The notes beneath the pieces are model-generated. The model worked only from the letters and a program-made list of their open reading frames with translations. It made no database searches and had not been told where the DNA came from. Below, piece by piece: positions 11,825 to 23,118 of a stretch of 64,000 bases of DNA. The stretch spans positions 1 through 64,000 of the forward strand of contig JAXLNO010000556.1 in the NCBI GenBank assembly GCA_038087875.1, written 5' to 3'. Position numbers and translations under genes: made by a program. This DNA comes from Malacoraja senta. Taxonomy: Eukaryota. Numbering within the stretch: the first letter of the stretch is position 1; each line of letters opens with the position of its first letter.

Positions 11825-14800
11825 TTCTCCCTCCTCTTTTCGTCCTTCTGTCTCTCTCTCTGCCTCGCTCTATTTCTACCCCTCTCTCTCCCACTCTCCC
11901 GCTCACTCACCCCTCTCCCACTCTCTCCCATCTCTTTGTCTCCTCTCTCGACTCTCTCCTCTCTCTCTGCTCTCTTCCCCTTTCTCTCTCCCCACTTCTC
12001 TCCCGCCTCTCTCTACCCTCTCTCTCCCGTCTCCATCTCTCTCCCCCTCTCTCTCCCTAACTCGCTCTCTCCCTTCTCTCTCTTTCCCACTCTCTCTCCC
12101 TCTCCCTCTCTCTCCCTCTCCCTCTCTCCCCATCTCTCTCCCTCTCTCTATCTCTTTCTCCCCCTCTCCCTCCCCCTCTCTGTCCCCTCTCTCTCCCCCT
12201 CACTCTCTCTCTCCCCCTCTCTCCGCCCTCTATCTCTACCTCTCTCGCTCGCCCTCTCTCGCTCGCCCCCTGTCTCTCTCTCTCTCTCTCTCTCACCCTC
12301 TCTATCACTCCTCCCACTCGCTCTTCTCTCTCTCTCTCCCTCTCTCTCTCCCCTCTCTCTCCTCTCACTCACTCTCTTTCCCCCCTTTCTTCCCCTTCTC
12401 TCTTCCCTCTCCATCTCTCTCTCCCCCTCTCTCTCTCCCCCTCTCTCACTCATCTCTTACCCCCTCTCTCTCTCTCCCTCTCACTCTCCCCCTCTCTCTC
12501 ATCCCTCTCTCCCCCTCTCCCTCTCTCTCTCTTCCCTCTCTCACCCCTCTCTATCTTTCCCCCTCTCTCACCCCACCTCTCTCTCTCCCCCCTCTCTTCC
12601 CCCTCTCTCTTTCTCCCCATCTCTCATTCCCCTCTATCTCCCCCTCTCTCCCACTCTCACTGCCCTCTCTCACTCCCTCTCTCTCACCCCTCTCCCACCA
12701 CTATTTTTCTTTCCCATCTCTCTCTCCGGTAACTCTCCACTCTCTCTCCCCCTCTGTCTATCCCTCTCTCACTCTCTCCCCCACTATTTCCCCCACTCTA
12801 CCCTTTCTCTCTCTCCCCCCTCTCCCCCTTCTCTCTCCCCCCCCTTCTCTCCCTCACTCTCCACGCTCTCTCTGCCCTCTCTCCACCTCCCACTCCCACC
12901 TCTCTCTCCCCCTTCTCCCACTCTCTCTCTCCCCCTCACTCTCACCCCCCTCACTCTCACCCCCTCATTCTCTTGCCCCCTCCCCCTCCCTCTCCCCCTC
13001 TCTCTCCCCCTCCCTCTCCCCCTCTCTCTTTCCCTCTCCCTTCCCCCTCTCTCCCCTCTCTGCCCCTCACTCTCTCCCCCTCACTCTCTCCCCCTCACTC
13101 TCTTACCCCCTCCCTCACTCCCACTCTCTCTCCCCTCTCTCTTCCCCTCCTCTCTCCCCCTCTCTCTCTCCCCCTCTCTCCCCCTCTCTCTCTCCCCCTC
13201 TCTCCCCCATCTCTCACCCCCTCTCACTCTCTCTCTCCCCCCTCTTTCTCCCCCTCTCTCTTTCTCCCCATCTCTCACCCCATCTATCTCCCCCTCTCCC
13301 ACTCTGACTGCCCTCACTCTCCCTCTCTCTCCCCTCTCTCTCACCCTCACATTCTCTCGCCCACTCTCTCTCTCCCCCAACTCCACCCTCTCTCTCCCCC
13401 TCTCTCTCTCCCTCTCTCACCCTCTCCCCCTCTCTTTCCCCGTCTCTCTCCCCCCTTCTCTCCCCCTCACTACACGCTCTCTCTCTGCCCTCTCTCCACC
13501 TCCCACTCCCTCTCTCTCTCCCCCTCTCACCCACTCTCCCCCTCTCTCTCCCCCCTCTCTCCCCCCTCTCTCTCCCCCCTCTCTCCAGCTCTCTCTCTCC
13601 CGCTCTCTCCCCCTCTCTCTCTCCCGCTCTCTGCCCCTCTCTCTCCCCTCTCGCCCCCTCTCTCCCCCCTCTCCCTCTCCCCCCTCTGTCTCACCTCCCT
13701 CTCTCTCTCCTCCCTCTATCTCCCCCACTCTCTCTCCCTCTCCCTCCCTCGCTCTCTCTCTCTCTGCTCTTTCTCTCACCCCCTCTCTCCCACTCTCTCC
13801 CCCATTACTTTCACCCCTCTCTCTCCCCCTCTCTCCTCTCTCACCCCCTCTCTTTCTCCCCCTCTCTCTCCACCTCTTTCTCCCCCCCCTCTCGCCCCCC
13901 TCTCGCCCCCTCTCTCTCCCCCTCTCTCTATCTACCCCTCTCTCTCTCCTCTCTCTCCCCCCTCTCCCCCCCTCTCTCTCCCCCCTCTCTCTCTTTACCC
14001 ATCTCTCTCCTCTCTCTCCCCCCTCTCTCCACCTCTCACTCCATCTCTCTTTCTCGCCCTCTCTCTCCTCTTTCTGTCCACTCCTATCTCTCCCCTCTCT
14101 CCCCACCCTCTCTCTCTCTCGCCCCACTCCTCTCTCCCCTCTCTCTCCCCCCTCTCTCCCGTTCTCTCTCTCTTTCTCTCCTCTCTATCTCTGCCCTTTC
14201 CCCTCTCCCATCCCCTCTCTCTCCCCTCCCTCTTCCCCCTCTCTCTCCCCTCTCTTTAACCCCCTCTCTCCCCTCTCTCTAACCCCCCTCTCTCCCCGCC
14301 CTCTCCTCCTCTCTCTCCCCCTCTCTCCCATCTCTCACCCCCTCTCACTCTCTCTCTCCCCCTCTCTCTCACCCTATCTCCCCCTTCTCTCCCCCCTCCC
14401 TCTCCCCCCCCTCTCTCCCCTTCTCTCTCTCTTTCTCTCCTCGCTATCTCTGCCCTCTCCCCTCTCCCAGCCCCCTCTCTCTCCCCCTCCCTCTTCCCCC
14501 TCTCTCTCCCCTCTCTTTAACCCCCTCTCTCCCCTCTCTTTAACCCCCTTTCTCCCCGCCCTCTCCTCCTCTCTCCCCCTCTCTCCCATCTTTCACCCCC
14601 CTCTCACTCTCTCTCCTCCTCTCTCTCCCTCTCTCCACCCTCTCCCCTCCTCCCCCTCTCTCCCCCCTCCTCTCTCCCCCCCTCACTCCCCCTCTCTCAC
14701 TCTCCCTCTCCCTCTCTCTCTCCCCCCTCATCTCCCCCTCACTCTCCCCTCTCTCTCCCCTCTCCTCTCCCCCTCTCCCCCCTCTACTCTCCCCCTCACT

Positions 14801-14937
14801 CTCCCCCTCTCTCCCCCCTACTCTCTCCCCCTACTCTCTCCTCTCTCTCCCTCTCTCACTCCATCTCTCTTTCCCCCTCTCTCTCTCCCCCTCTCTCTCT
14901 CCCCCTCTCTCTCTCCACCTCTCTCTCTCTCCCCTCT
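11663..14937. repeat. 3.3-kb CT-rich low-complexity microsatellite
   Basis: Polypyrimidine tract with (CT)n and CCCCT motifs and some longer internal repeats. Confidence 0.97.
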
Positions 14938-15335
14938 CCAAGTTTGCAGATGACACGTAGCTGGGCGGGGGGCAGTGTTAGCTGTGAGGAGGATGCTAGG
15001 TGACTTGGATAGGTTGGGTGAGTGGGCAAATGCATGGCAGATGCAGTATAATGTGGATAAATGTGAGGTTATCCACTTTGGTGGCAAAAACAGGAAAGTA
15101 GGCTATTATCTGAATGGTGGCCGATTAGGAAAAGGGGAGATGCAACGAGTCCTGGGTGTCATGGTACACCAGTCATTGAAAGTAGGCATGCAGGTGCAGC
15201 AGGCAGTGAAGAAAGTGAATGGTATGTTAGCATTCATAGCAAAAGGATTTGAGTATAGGAGCAGGGAGGTTATACTGCAGTTGTACAGGGTCTTGGCGAG
15301 ACCATACCTGGAGTATTGCGTATAGTTTTGGTACT
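14938..15335 (+). mobile_element. CR1 LINE RT fragment
   Basis: SKFADDT...DLDRLGEWANAWQMQYNVDKC...RPYLEYCV. Confidence 0.9.
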
Positions 15336-15337
15336 TA

Positions 15338-17457
15338 AGTTCTGAACTTAAAGAAAGGTAACTTTGAGGGTATGAGACGTGAATTGGCCAAGATTGACTG
15401 GCAATTAGTTCTAAAAGGGTTGACGGTTGATATGCAATGGAAGGCATTTAAAGACTGCATGGATGAACTACAAAATGTGTTCATCCCAGTTCGGCAAAAG
15501 AATAAATCAGGGTAGGTAGTGCATCCGTGGATAACAAGGGAAATCAGGGATAGTATCAAAGCAAAAGATGATGCGTACAAATTAGCAAGTAAAGCAGCAC
15601 ACCAGAGGACTGGGAGAAATTCTGATATGTGAAGAGAAAGAGATTAGTTAAAACAAATGTAGGTCCCTTGCAGTCAGAAACAGGTGAATTGATCATGGGG
15701 AACAAGGATATGGCGGATCAATTGAATAACTACTTTGGTTCAGTCTTCACTAAGGAACACATAAATAATCTGCCGGATATAGCAGGGGGCCGCGGGTCAA
15801 AGGAGATGGAGGAACTGAGTGAAATCCAGGTTAGTCGGGAAGTGGTGTTGGGTAAATTGAATGGATTAAAGGCCGATAAATCACCAGGGCCAGATAGGCT
15901 GCATCCCAGAGTACTTAAGGAAGTAGCTCCAGAAATAGTGGATGCATTAGTGATAATTTTTCAAAACTCTTTAGATTCTGGAGTAGTTCCTGAGGATTGG
16001 AGGGTAGCAAACGTAACCCCACTTTTTAAGAAGGGAGGGAGTGAGAAAACTGGGAATTACAGACCAGTTAGTTTAACATCGGTAGTGGGGAAACTGCTAG
16101 AGTCACTTATTAAAGATGGGATAGCAGCACATTTGGAAAGTGGTGAAATCATTGGACAAAGTCAGCATGGATTTACGAAATGTAAATCATGTCTGACGAA
16201 TCTTATAGAATTTTTCGAGGATGTAACTAGTAGAGTGGATAGGGGAGAACCAGTGGATGTGTTGTATCTGGACATTCAGAAGGCTTTCGACAAGGTACCA
16301 CATAAGAGATTAGTATACAAACTTAAAGCACACGGTATTTGGGGTTCAGTATTGATGTGGATAGAGAACTGGCTTGCAAACAGGAAGCAAAGAGTAGGTG
16401 TAAACGGGTCCTTTTCACAATGGCAGGCAGTGCCTAGTGGGGTACCGCAAGGCTCAGTGCTGGGACCCCAGCTATTTACAATTTATATTAATGACCTGGA
16501 TGAGGGAATTGAAGGCATCTCCAAGTTTGCGGATGACACTAAGCTGGGGGGCAGTGTTAGCTGTGAGGTGGATGCTAGGAGACTGCAAGGTGACTTGGAT
16601 GGGCTGGGTGAGTGGGCAAATGTTTGGCAGATGCAGTATAATGTGGATAAATGTGAGGTTATCCACTTTGGTGGCAAAAACAGGAAAGCAGACTATTATC
16701 TAAATGGTGGCCGATTAGGAAATGGGGAGATGCAGCGAGACGTGGGTGTCATGGTACACCAGTCATTGAAAGTAGGCATGCAGGTGCAGCAGGCAGTGAA
16801 GAAAGCGAATGGTATGTTAGCTTTCATAGCAATAGGATTTGAGTATGGGAGCAGGGAGGTTATACTGCAGTTGTACGGGGTCTTGGTGAGACCACACCTG
16901 GAGTATTGCGTACAGTTTTGGTCTCCAAATCTGAGGAAGGACATTATAGCCATAGAGGGAGTGCAGAGAATGTTCACCAGACTGATTCCTGGGATGTCAG
17001 GACTTTCATATGAAGAAAGACTGGATAGACTTGGCTTATACTCGCTAGAATTTAGGAGATTGAGAGGGGATCTTATAGAAACGTACAAAATTCTTATGGG
17101 ATTGGACAGGCTAGATGCAGGAAGATTGTTCCCGATGTTGGGGAAGTCCAGGACAAGGGGTCACAGCCTAAGGATAAAGGGCAAATCCTTTAAGACCGAA
17201 ATGAGGAAAAACTTTTTCACACAGAGAGTGGTGAATCTCTGGAACTCTCTGCCACAGAGGGTAGTTGAGGCCAGTTCATTGGCTATATTTAAGAGGGAGT
17301 TAGATGTGGCCCTTGTGGCTAAGGGGATCAGGGGGTATGGAGAGAAGGCAGGTACTGGATACTGAGTTGGATGATCAGCCATGATCATATTGAATGGCGG
17401 TACAGACTCGAATGGCCGAATGGCCTACTCCTGCACCTATTTTCTATGTATCTATGT
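15338..17457 (+). mobile_element. 5'-truncated CR1 LINE with an open 578-aa RT/C-terminal frame (15629-17365) and a (TTTCTATG)-type tail
   Basis: KSPGPD, YRPVSLTS, QHGF, KAFDKV, GVPQGSVLGP, KFADD; conserved CR1 3' end at 17366-17457. Confidence 0.95.
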
Positions 17458-18769
17458 TATGATGGTGGCAGTCTTGAAACACGATGGGACAACAGCCTGG
17501 TTCAGCGAGGTGTTGAAGATGTCAGTAAGGACATGTGCTAGCTGATCAGCACAATCCCTGAACACCCGGCCTGGTATGTTATCAGGGCCTGCCGCTTTCC
17601 GTGTGTTCACTCCTTTTAGGGTCCTCCGGACATCCACTGTATCAAGACTGAGTGCCTGTTCATCATAGTGAGGAATACCTTTCCTCGCAGGTGTGTTGTT
17701 GAATGCCTCGAGCCGTCCAAAATAGTTATTGAATTCATTGAGGAAGTTTATGTTGTCTTCACAGGGTGGTGGAGCAGTCTTATAGTCCGTGATGGTTTGA
17801 ACCTGTGTGAGTCTAAGCTCTTTACAGCTGTTGAGCAATAAATGTTGAACAGTAACTGATTATGGAATATTGTTCAGGTGCGTCGACGAGCAACACCGGT
17901 GTTTGCCGACGTACTTTGAAAAATGATAACACACTGCATGCGTTTTCCTCAATATCGGAGTTTTGATGAAATCATAAACTTCTGACATTACACATTTTCC
18001 CTTTATCCGCCGATGTCTTCTGTCATTTGTGTATATCATGTTTTCCTTTTATATTTCAGATGCCAGAGAATTACTACGGTCCGCAGTACATTATCAGCAT
18101 GTTTATTGTGTTATTACACCCGTCCCCCCACTTCACATTCTCTTCGTATTTATCTAAGAATCCAGTTGTGGTTAATAGCCATTCATCACCTTCTCTTTTA
18201 CATCATCGCCGTCTGTGTCTCGTTTACAATATTAGTCAGCGTCATAGTATGAACATTCCCGCTCTGATCAGAGTTATTTCATATCTCACGGGTCATTTGG
18301 TCAGGTTAGTTGTATTATTATCACATGTACCGAGCTGCAGTGGAAAGAGTTGTTTAGCATGCTATTCACTTGGTTCAAATATTCCAGACACAAAAGCAAT
18401 CAATGTAAAGACGTGCAATAGATCGGGTAAATGGGAAGATACAGAATGTAGAATATAGTTCATGATACAGAATATCATGCTGAATGTGGTTCTTTATTTC
18501 CACCAAACACCGTTTTGTCCGGGTATATGGAACAATCGTTGCTCAAGCCACACTGCATAATTCCTGTCTACCGTTCTCCTAGGAGTTGCACATTTGCATT
18601 TGGAGGACCAGAGACCTGTACAAACACAAAACCAGCATTGAGCCTGATGTAAAATTCGTGTTCAACCGTGCCGAGGTGCATAGCTAGACAGATTAATGAT
18701 GCAATGCTTCTATTAATTATGGGTCTTGGTTTGTGAAGGTGTAAACAATTAAGTTGCAATGGGCATTAA

Positions 18770-19740
18770 TATTTAGGCTTCATGTTTAGGTTTATTATTG
18801 CCATGTGTATTGAGGCGTATGATATAGCAAAGGGGGAGATATAGAATGCAGAACACAGTTCGCAGCATGATAGCGCATATGTTCCATGGAAATAGATCCA
18901 CCAAGGTGTAGGAATGTTTCGAACAGTAATATGATAATGGAAGGGAATAATCTATTCATATGTGTAGTTGTGCGCTTTCGAACGCTTGCTTTCTACTGTA
19001 CGGGAGAAAGGGTGGAAATGAATGATCGTGTTGTACACGCCTTTTGTTATGTTTGTTGCGTTTGCGAGGCAGTGTGGTAGATATGGAGCCAATTGTGCGA
19101 GGTCTGGTCTGTGTGGTGGACTGTGCCGCATCTAAAATATCTCTGCAACTTCTAGCCGTCTAGGGCAGAACATTTCCAGAAGTAAGCTGCGATGCATCGC
19201 GACATTATGCTTTCTATGGTCCATCCGTAGAGGTTTGTAGAACGTCTGTCTGTCTCCTCCGAATATTGAGTTTGTCTTCTTAGCTACCTCATCTATGTGG
19301 TTGATGCTGGACTGATCGGTGGTAATAATAACGCCAAGCAACTCGAAGCTCAACAATTTCCACTTCAGCACCATTGATGCTGGTTTGCGCGTGTACTGCG
19401 CCATGCTTTTTCGTCTTGTTAACATCGGGGAAGTGGGTATTTACAAGACATGATTTCAGTCAGTACTCTCTCTCCTGCCTGTATTGCGCATCTTTATTTT
19501 TGTCATCCGACACACTACAGTCATTGGTGTTGTCTGCGAGCACGTTGCCGGAATTGGTGCAGTACTCGGCCCTGAGTCGCGATTGTGAACGGCGAATATT
19601 AGTGAACTGAGAATGAATCCTTGTGGGGCAGCGGCGATGAGTGTTATTGTGAGGAAGTTGTTGTCACCTGACTGACTGAGGACAGTGGGCCACAAAGTTA
19701 CGGATCGCGTGGCAGAGGAAGGATGTGATTTCGAGCTCCC
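18770..19740 (-). mobile_element. Degraded Rex/Babar-type LINE 3' portion
   Basis: Remnants APQGFILS, KLLSFELLGVIIT and the recurrent Rex-type 3'UTR. Confidence 0.6.
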
Positions 19741-20496
19741 AGAGTTTAGAGATAGCAGCCACCCCTCCCCCAGCAGACACAGCTACATATGGCCTTATGC
19801 ACAATGCCAAACTCGAGACTGTTCATACATCCAATATCACAATGACCGACGTGACCCTAATTTCCACGTATAGAACCATTAGTCTTCATTTTCTTTAATG
19901 TCCACAAATAAATTCGCTCCAACCCTGTTTGTACAATCAATCATCGCTACTATCTGGGATAGAGGGTACATGTATGTATGTACATTCGAATGTATGTATG
20001 TACATTCCACTAGGTGCCGAGATAGAAGTCGAGATTTATCCCTCGGATGAACTGGTTGTCAAACGACCAACAATCCATTAGCGTAGCTACGACATATTTA
20101 AAGGCATAATAATCTGCTGACCAAGTGCTAGTAAATGGGATTTAGTAATTGGATACGTTGTTGGCCCTGCTTCTCTGCTCTGTGACTCTATGACACACGA
20201 CCCAGTCTTGCACAATTCTCCACATGTGGTCACTAGTTATGGCAGGGGTTCGCTACGTTTTCCTTGAATGGGTCGCGTTATAATGAGAGGTGTGGACACC
20301 ATGCCTTCGAGTGCCGGTGGATAAGGGATGATATTATGATTATGTATAAATCATGAGGAAAATAGATAAGGTAAATGCACTTTTACCCAGGTCGAGGAAT
20401 CAAAAACCATCTTAGATATCGTCTGTTTCACATTGACAATCTTAATAGCCATCATTCTACGAACATTCCCCATTCTGATGATAAATATCATGTCAG

Positions 20497-20766
20497 TCAG
20501 AGGGAGAAAGTTTAAAAAGAGAGGCAAAGCACAGACAGACTTAACTCAGAGCTCCCGTGAATTTTGAAGGAACAGCAGCAAAGAGCAGGAACAAGCAGTG
20601 ATTGATTCTAGCCCGAGAGGGAGGTGAGTCAGAGGGAGAAAACTGTTTAAAAAGTGAGGCAAAGCACAGACAGACTTAACTCAGAGCTCCCGTGGATTTT
20701 GAAGAAACAGCAGCAAAACTAGGATAATGAAAATGCAGTGATTGGCTCTAGCCCGAGAGGGAGGAG
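20497..20766 (+). repeat. Two tandem ~131-bp monomers at the CR1 5' end
   Basis: GTCAGAGGGAGAAA...CAGACTTAACTCAGAGCTCCCGTG...CTAGCCCGAGAGGGAGG occurs at 20497 and 20628; a partial third copy starts near 21417. Confidence 0.85.
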
Positions 20767-20779
20767 AGTTAAGGCTCTG

Positions 20780-21400
20780 TCTCACGGTGTTGCGGTCATC
20801 GGCGGTGAAGCGCGGTGAAGCGCGGCGTCGCCGGTAGAGGGGAACGCACGGCAACGGCGAGAGCGCCGAGCCTATGCAGCGGGAGCGCCGCACGGATGCT
20901 GCGCGGGGGCCGAGTGATTTAAGTACGGCTGGTCCCACGAGCTAGCGGTAAGTTAAAACAAAAAGGGCGGGCTGACTGCGATGACGTAATTTCGGTTCTG
21001 CGGGGCTGTGGCGGCGGCAGTGCTGATCGCGGCGCTGCAGCGGCGGCTGTGGCGGCGGCCGTGCTGATAGCTGCGCTGTGGCGGCGGCCGTGCCGGCGCC
21101 GTGCCGCACACGTGCCTCACTTGCGGAGGCTGTGGCTGTGAAGGTTCTACTCGCGGCGCTCGTGCCACACTGGCGGCGGCTGTGGCGGCGACCGTGCCGC
21201 ACTCGTGCATCACTGGCGGCTGCTGTGCGGTAGGAACATATTTTTGAACAGTGTTGGGGTTTTTTTTAGCACCGTGCGGTGTTGGGAACAATGCCGCACG
21301 GCCCCGGAATTGTGCGTTTGACCGAGCCCGCGGTCTCAGGCGGCCCAGGAGCGGTAGATAGTTCCTGTTTCGCCGCCAATGACCGCAGACTCGTGCGACA
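20780..21400. promoter_or_regulatory. CpG-rich island in the CR1 5'UTR (candidate internal promoter)
   Basis: Very high CpG density with repeated GCGGCTGTGGCGGCGGCCGTG-like motifs; function inferred. Confidence 0.5.
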
Positions 21401-21669
21401 GGCCTTTTAGAAGTGAGTCAGAGGGGCGAAACAGTTGAAAACTGAGTACTTTGGTTTGTAAATTGGTAAATTAGGCAATTTATCAGTCAATTTAAGCAAG
21501 ACGGCTCTTAAGGAGCGGCAGTGAGGGAGCGGCCTTGTGAGTAAAGTGTGAGTCTTTGGCTCAAAGTGTGAGTCTTTGGCTCGAGAGTCTTCTGCGAGGA
21601 TGTTGAGGAGAGGAGGCTACGCATAAAGCTCGAGAGCACGGAACGCGGTGAACACATTTTGGGGTAGAG

Positions 21670-23118
21670 GAGACAGTGTGAGGCTTGCAGAATGTGGGTG
21701 CCCAAGGAAACGGATGGAGCCTCTGGCTGCTACAACTGTGGCAAGTACGTCCAGCTTCAGCTCCTAAAGGACCGTGTTGGGGCACTGGAGAAGCAGCTGG
21801 ATGACGTCAGGGCCATCCGGGAAAACGAGAGTTTCCTGGACAGGGCCTACAGTGAGGTAGTCACGCCGAGGTTACGGGAAGAACCAAGGTGTGTGACGGA
21901 GAGAAAGGGTGGAAATCGTGCAGAAGACCCAAGTGGCTGTGCCTAATGAAAACAGGTACGCCTTCTTGGGAACTGTCCGGGGAGTCGATGTTTCCAGTCC
22001 GAGCGGGAGACACGTCAGTGGCTCCAATCCTAGAGATGGGACTCGACCGGCGAGACATACGTCGGGCAGAGCCCTAGTTGGTGGGTGACTCCATTGTCCG
22101 AGGAGCGGACAGGAGATTCTGTGGCGGCAGATGAGATGCGAGGATGGTCTGTTGCCTCCCTGGTGCTAGGGTTCTGGATGTCACGAGCCGAATTCAGAAC
22201 ATCTTCGAGAGAGAGAGAGAAGGTGAACAGCCGGCAGTAGTTGTGCACAAAGGCACAAACGACATCGGGAAGAAGAAGAAGGAGGTTCTCCAACATGACT
22301 TCAGAGAGTTCGGTAGACTGAAATGTCGGACTTCTAGGATGCTTATCTCTGGATTACATAGATACATAGATACATAGAAAATAGGTGCAGGAGTAGGCCA
22401 TTCGGCCCTTCGAGCCTGCACAGCCATTCACTATGATCATGGCTGATCATCCAACTCAGTATCCCGTACCTGCCTTCTCTCCATACCCCCTGATCCCTTT
22501 AGCCACAAGGGCCACATCTAACTCCCTCTTAAATATAGCCAATGAACTGGCCTCAACTACCCTCTGTGGCAGAGAGTTCCAGAGATTCACCACTCTCTGT
22601 GTGAAAAAGTTTTTCCTCATCTCGGTCTTAAAGGATTTCCCCCTTATCCTTAAGCTGTGACCCCTTGTCCTGGACTTCCCCAACATCGGGAACAATCTTC
22701 CTGCATCTAGCCTGTCCAACCCCATAAGAATTTTGTACGTTTCTATAAGATCCCCTCTCAATCTCCTAAATACTAGCGAGTATAAGCCAAGTCTATCCAC
22801 TCTTTCTTCATATGAAAGTCCTGACATCCCAGGAATCAGTCTGGTGAACCTTCTCTGCACTCCCTCTATGGCTATAATGTCCTTCCAGATTGCTTCCAGT
22901 ACCTCGTGCTAGTGAGGACAGGAACAGGGAGATAGGGGATCTGAATGTGTGTCTGAGGAACTGGAGCAGGGAGCAATGATTTGGATTTATAGACCACTGG
23001 CAACTCTTCTGGGGTAGGGGTGACCTGTACGAAAGGGACGGGGTACGCCTTAACTGGAGAGGGACCGATATTCTGGCAGGCAGGTTTGCTTGAGCTACAA
23101 GTGTGGATTTAAACTAAA
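21670..23118 (+). pseudogene. CR1 ORF1 (zinc finger/leucine zipper plus SGNH esterase domain), disrupted
   Basis: MW...CGKYVQLQLLKDRVGALEKQL; VGDSIVRG; CCLPGARV; VVHKGTNDIG; ISGL|LPVPRASE across the nested insert. Confidence 0.85.
22356..22886 (-). mobile_element. CR1 3' fragment inserted into the host CR1 ORF1
   Basis: QRRFTRLIPGMSGLSYEER...AGTGY plus tail; GATT at both junctions. Confidence 0.93.

Larger units (their letters stand above)
10308..17799 (-). mobile_element. Rex1/Babar-type LINE (5'-truncated), itself interrupted at about 11663-17457
   Basis: RT motifs [37 protein letters not shown] and QQRLHFLR; AACCT duplicated at 10303-10307 and 17800-17804. Confidence 0.88.
6179..17826 (+). 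mobile_element. Gypsy-2: Ty3/Gypsy element with deleted integrase core; 3' LTR split by nested insertion 10308-17799
   Basis: 5' LTR 6179-6381; PBS TGGTGTCAGAA 6382-6392; gag from 6478; RT with IIVDD (7949-8824); RNase H (8821-9474); PPT AAGAGGAGA 10118-10126; 3' LTR 10127-10307 plus 17800-17826; flanks GGTGT/GCTGT. Confidence 0.93.

Noticed and set aside
11636..14953. 1105-aa ORF
   Set aside because: It lies almost entirely within the CT tract and has no domain motifs.
20681..21291. Ala/Arg/Pro-rich ORFs
   Set aside because: They are artefacts of a GC-rich repetitive UTR.
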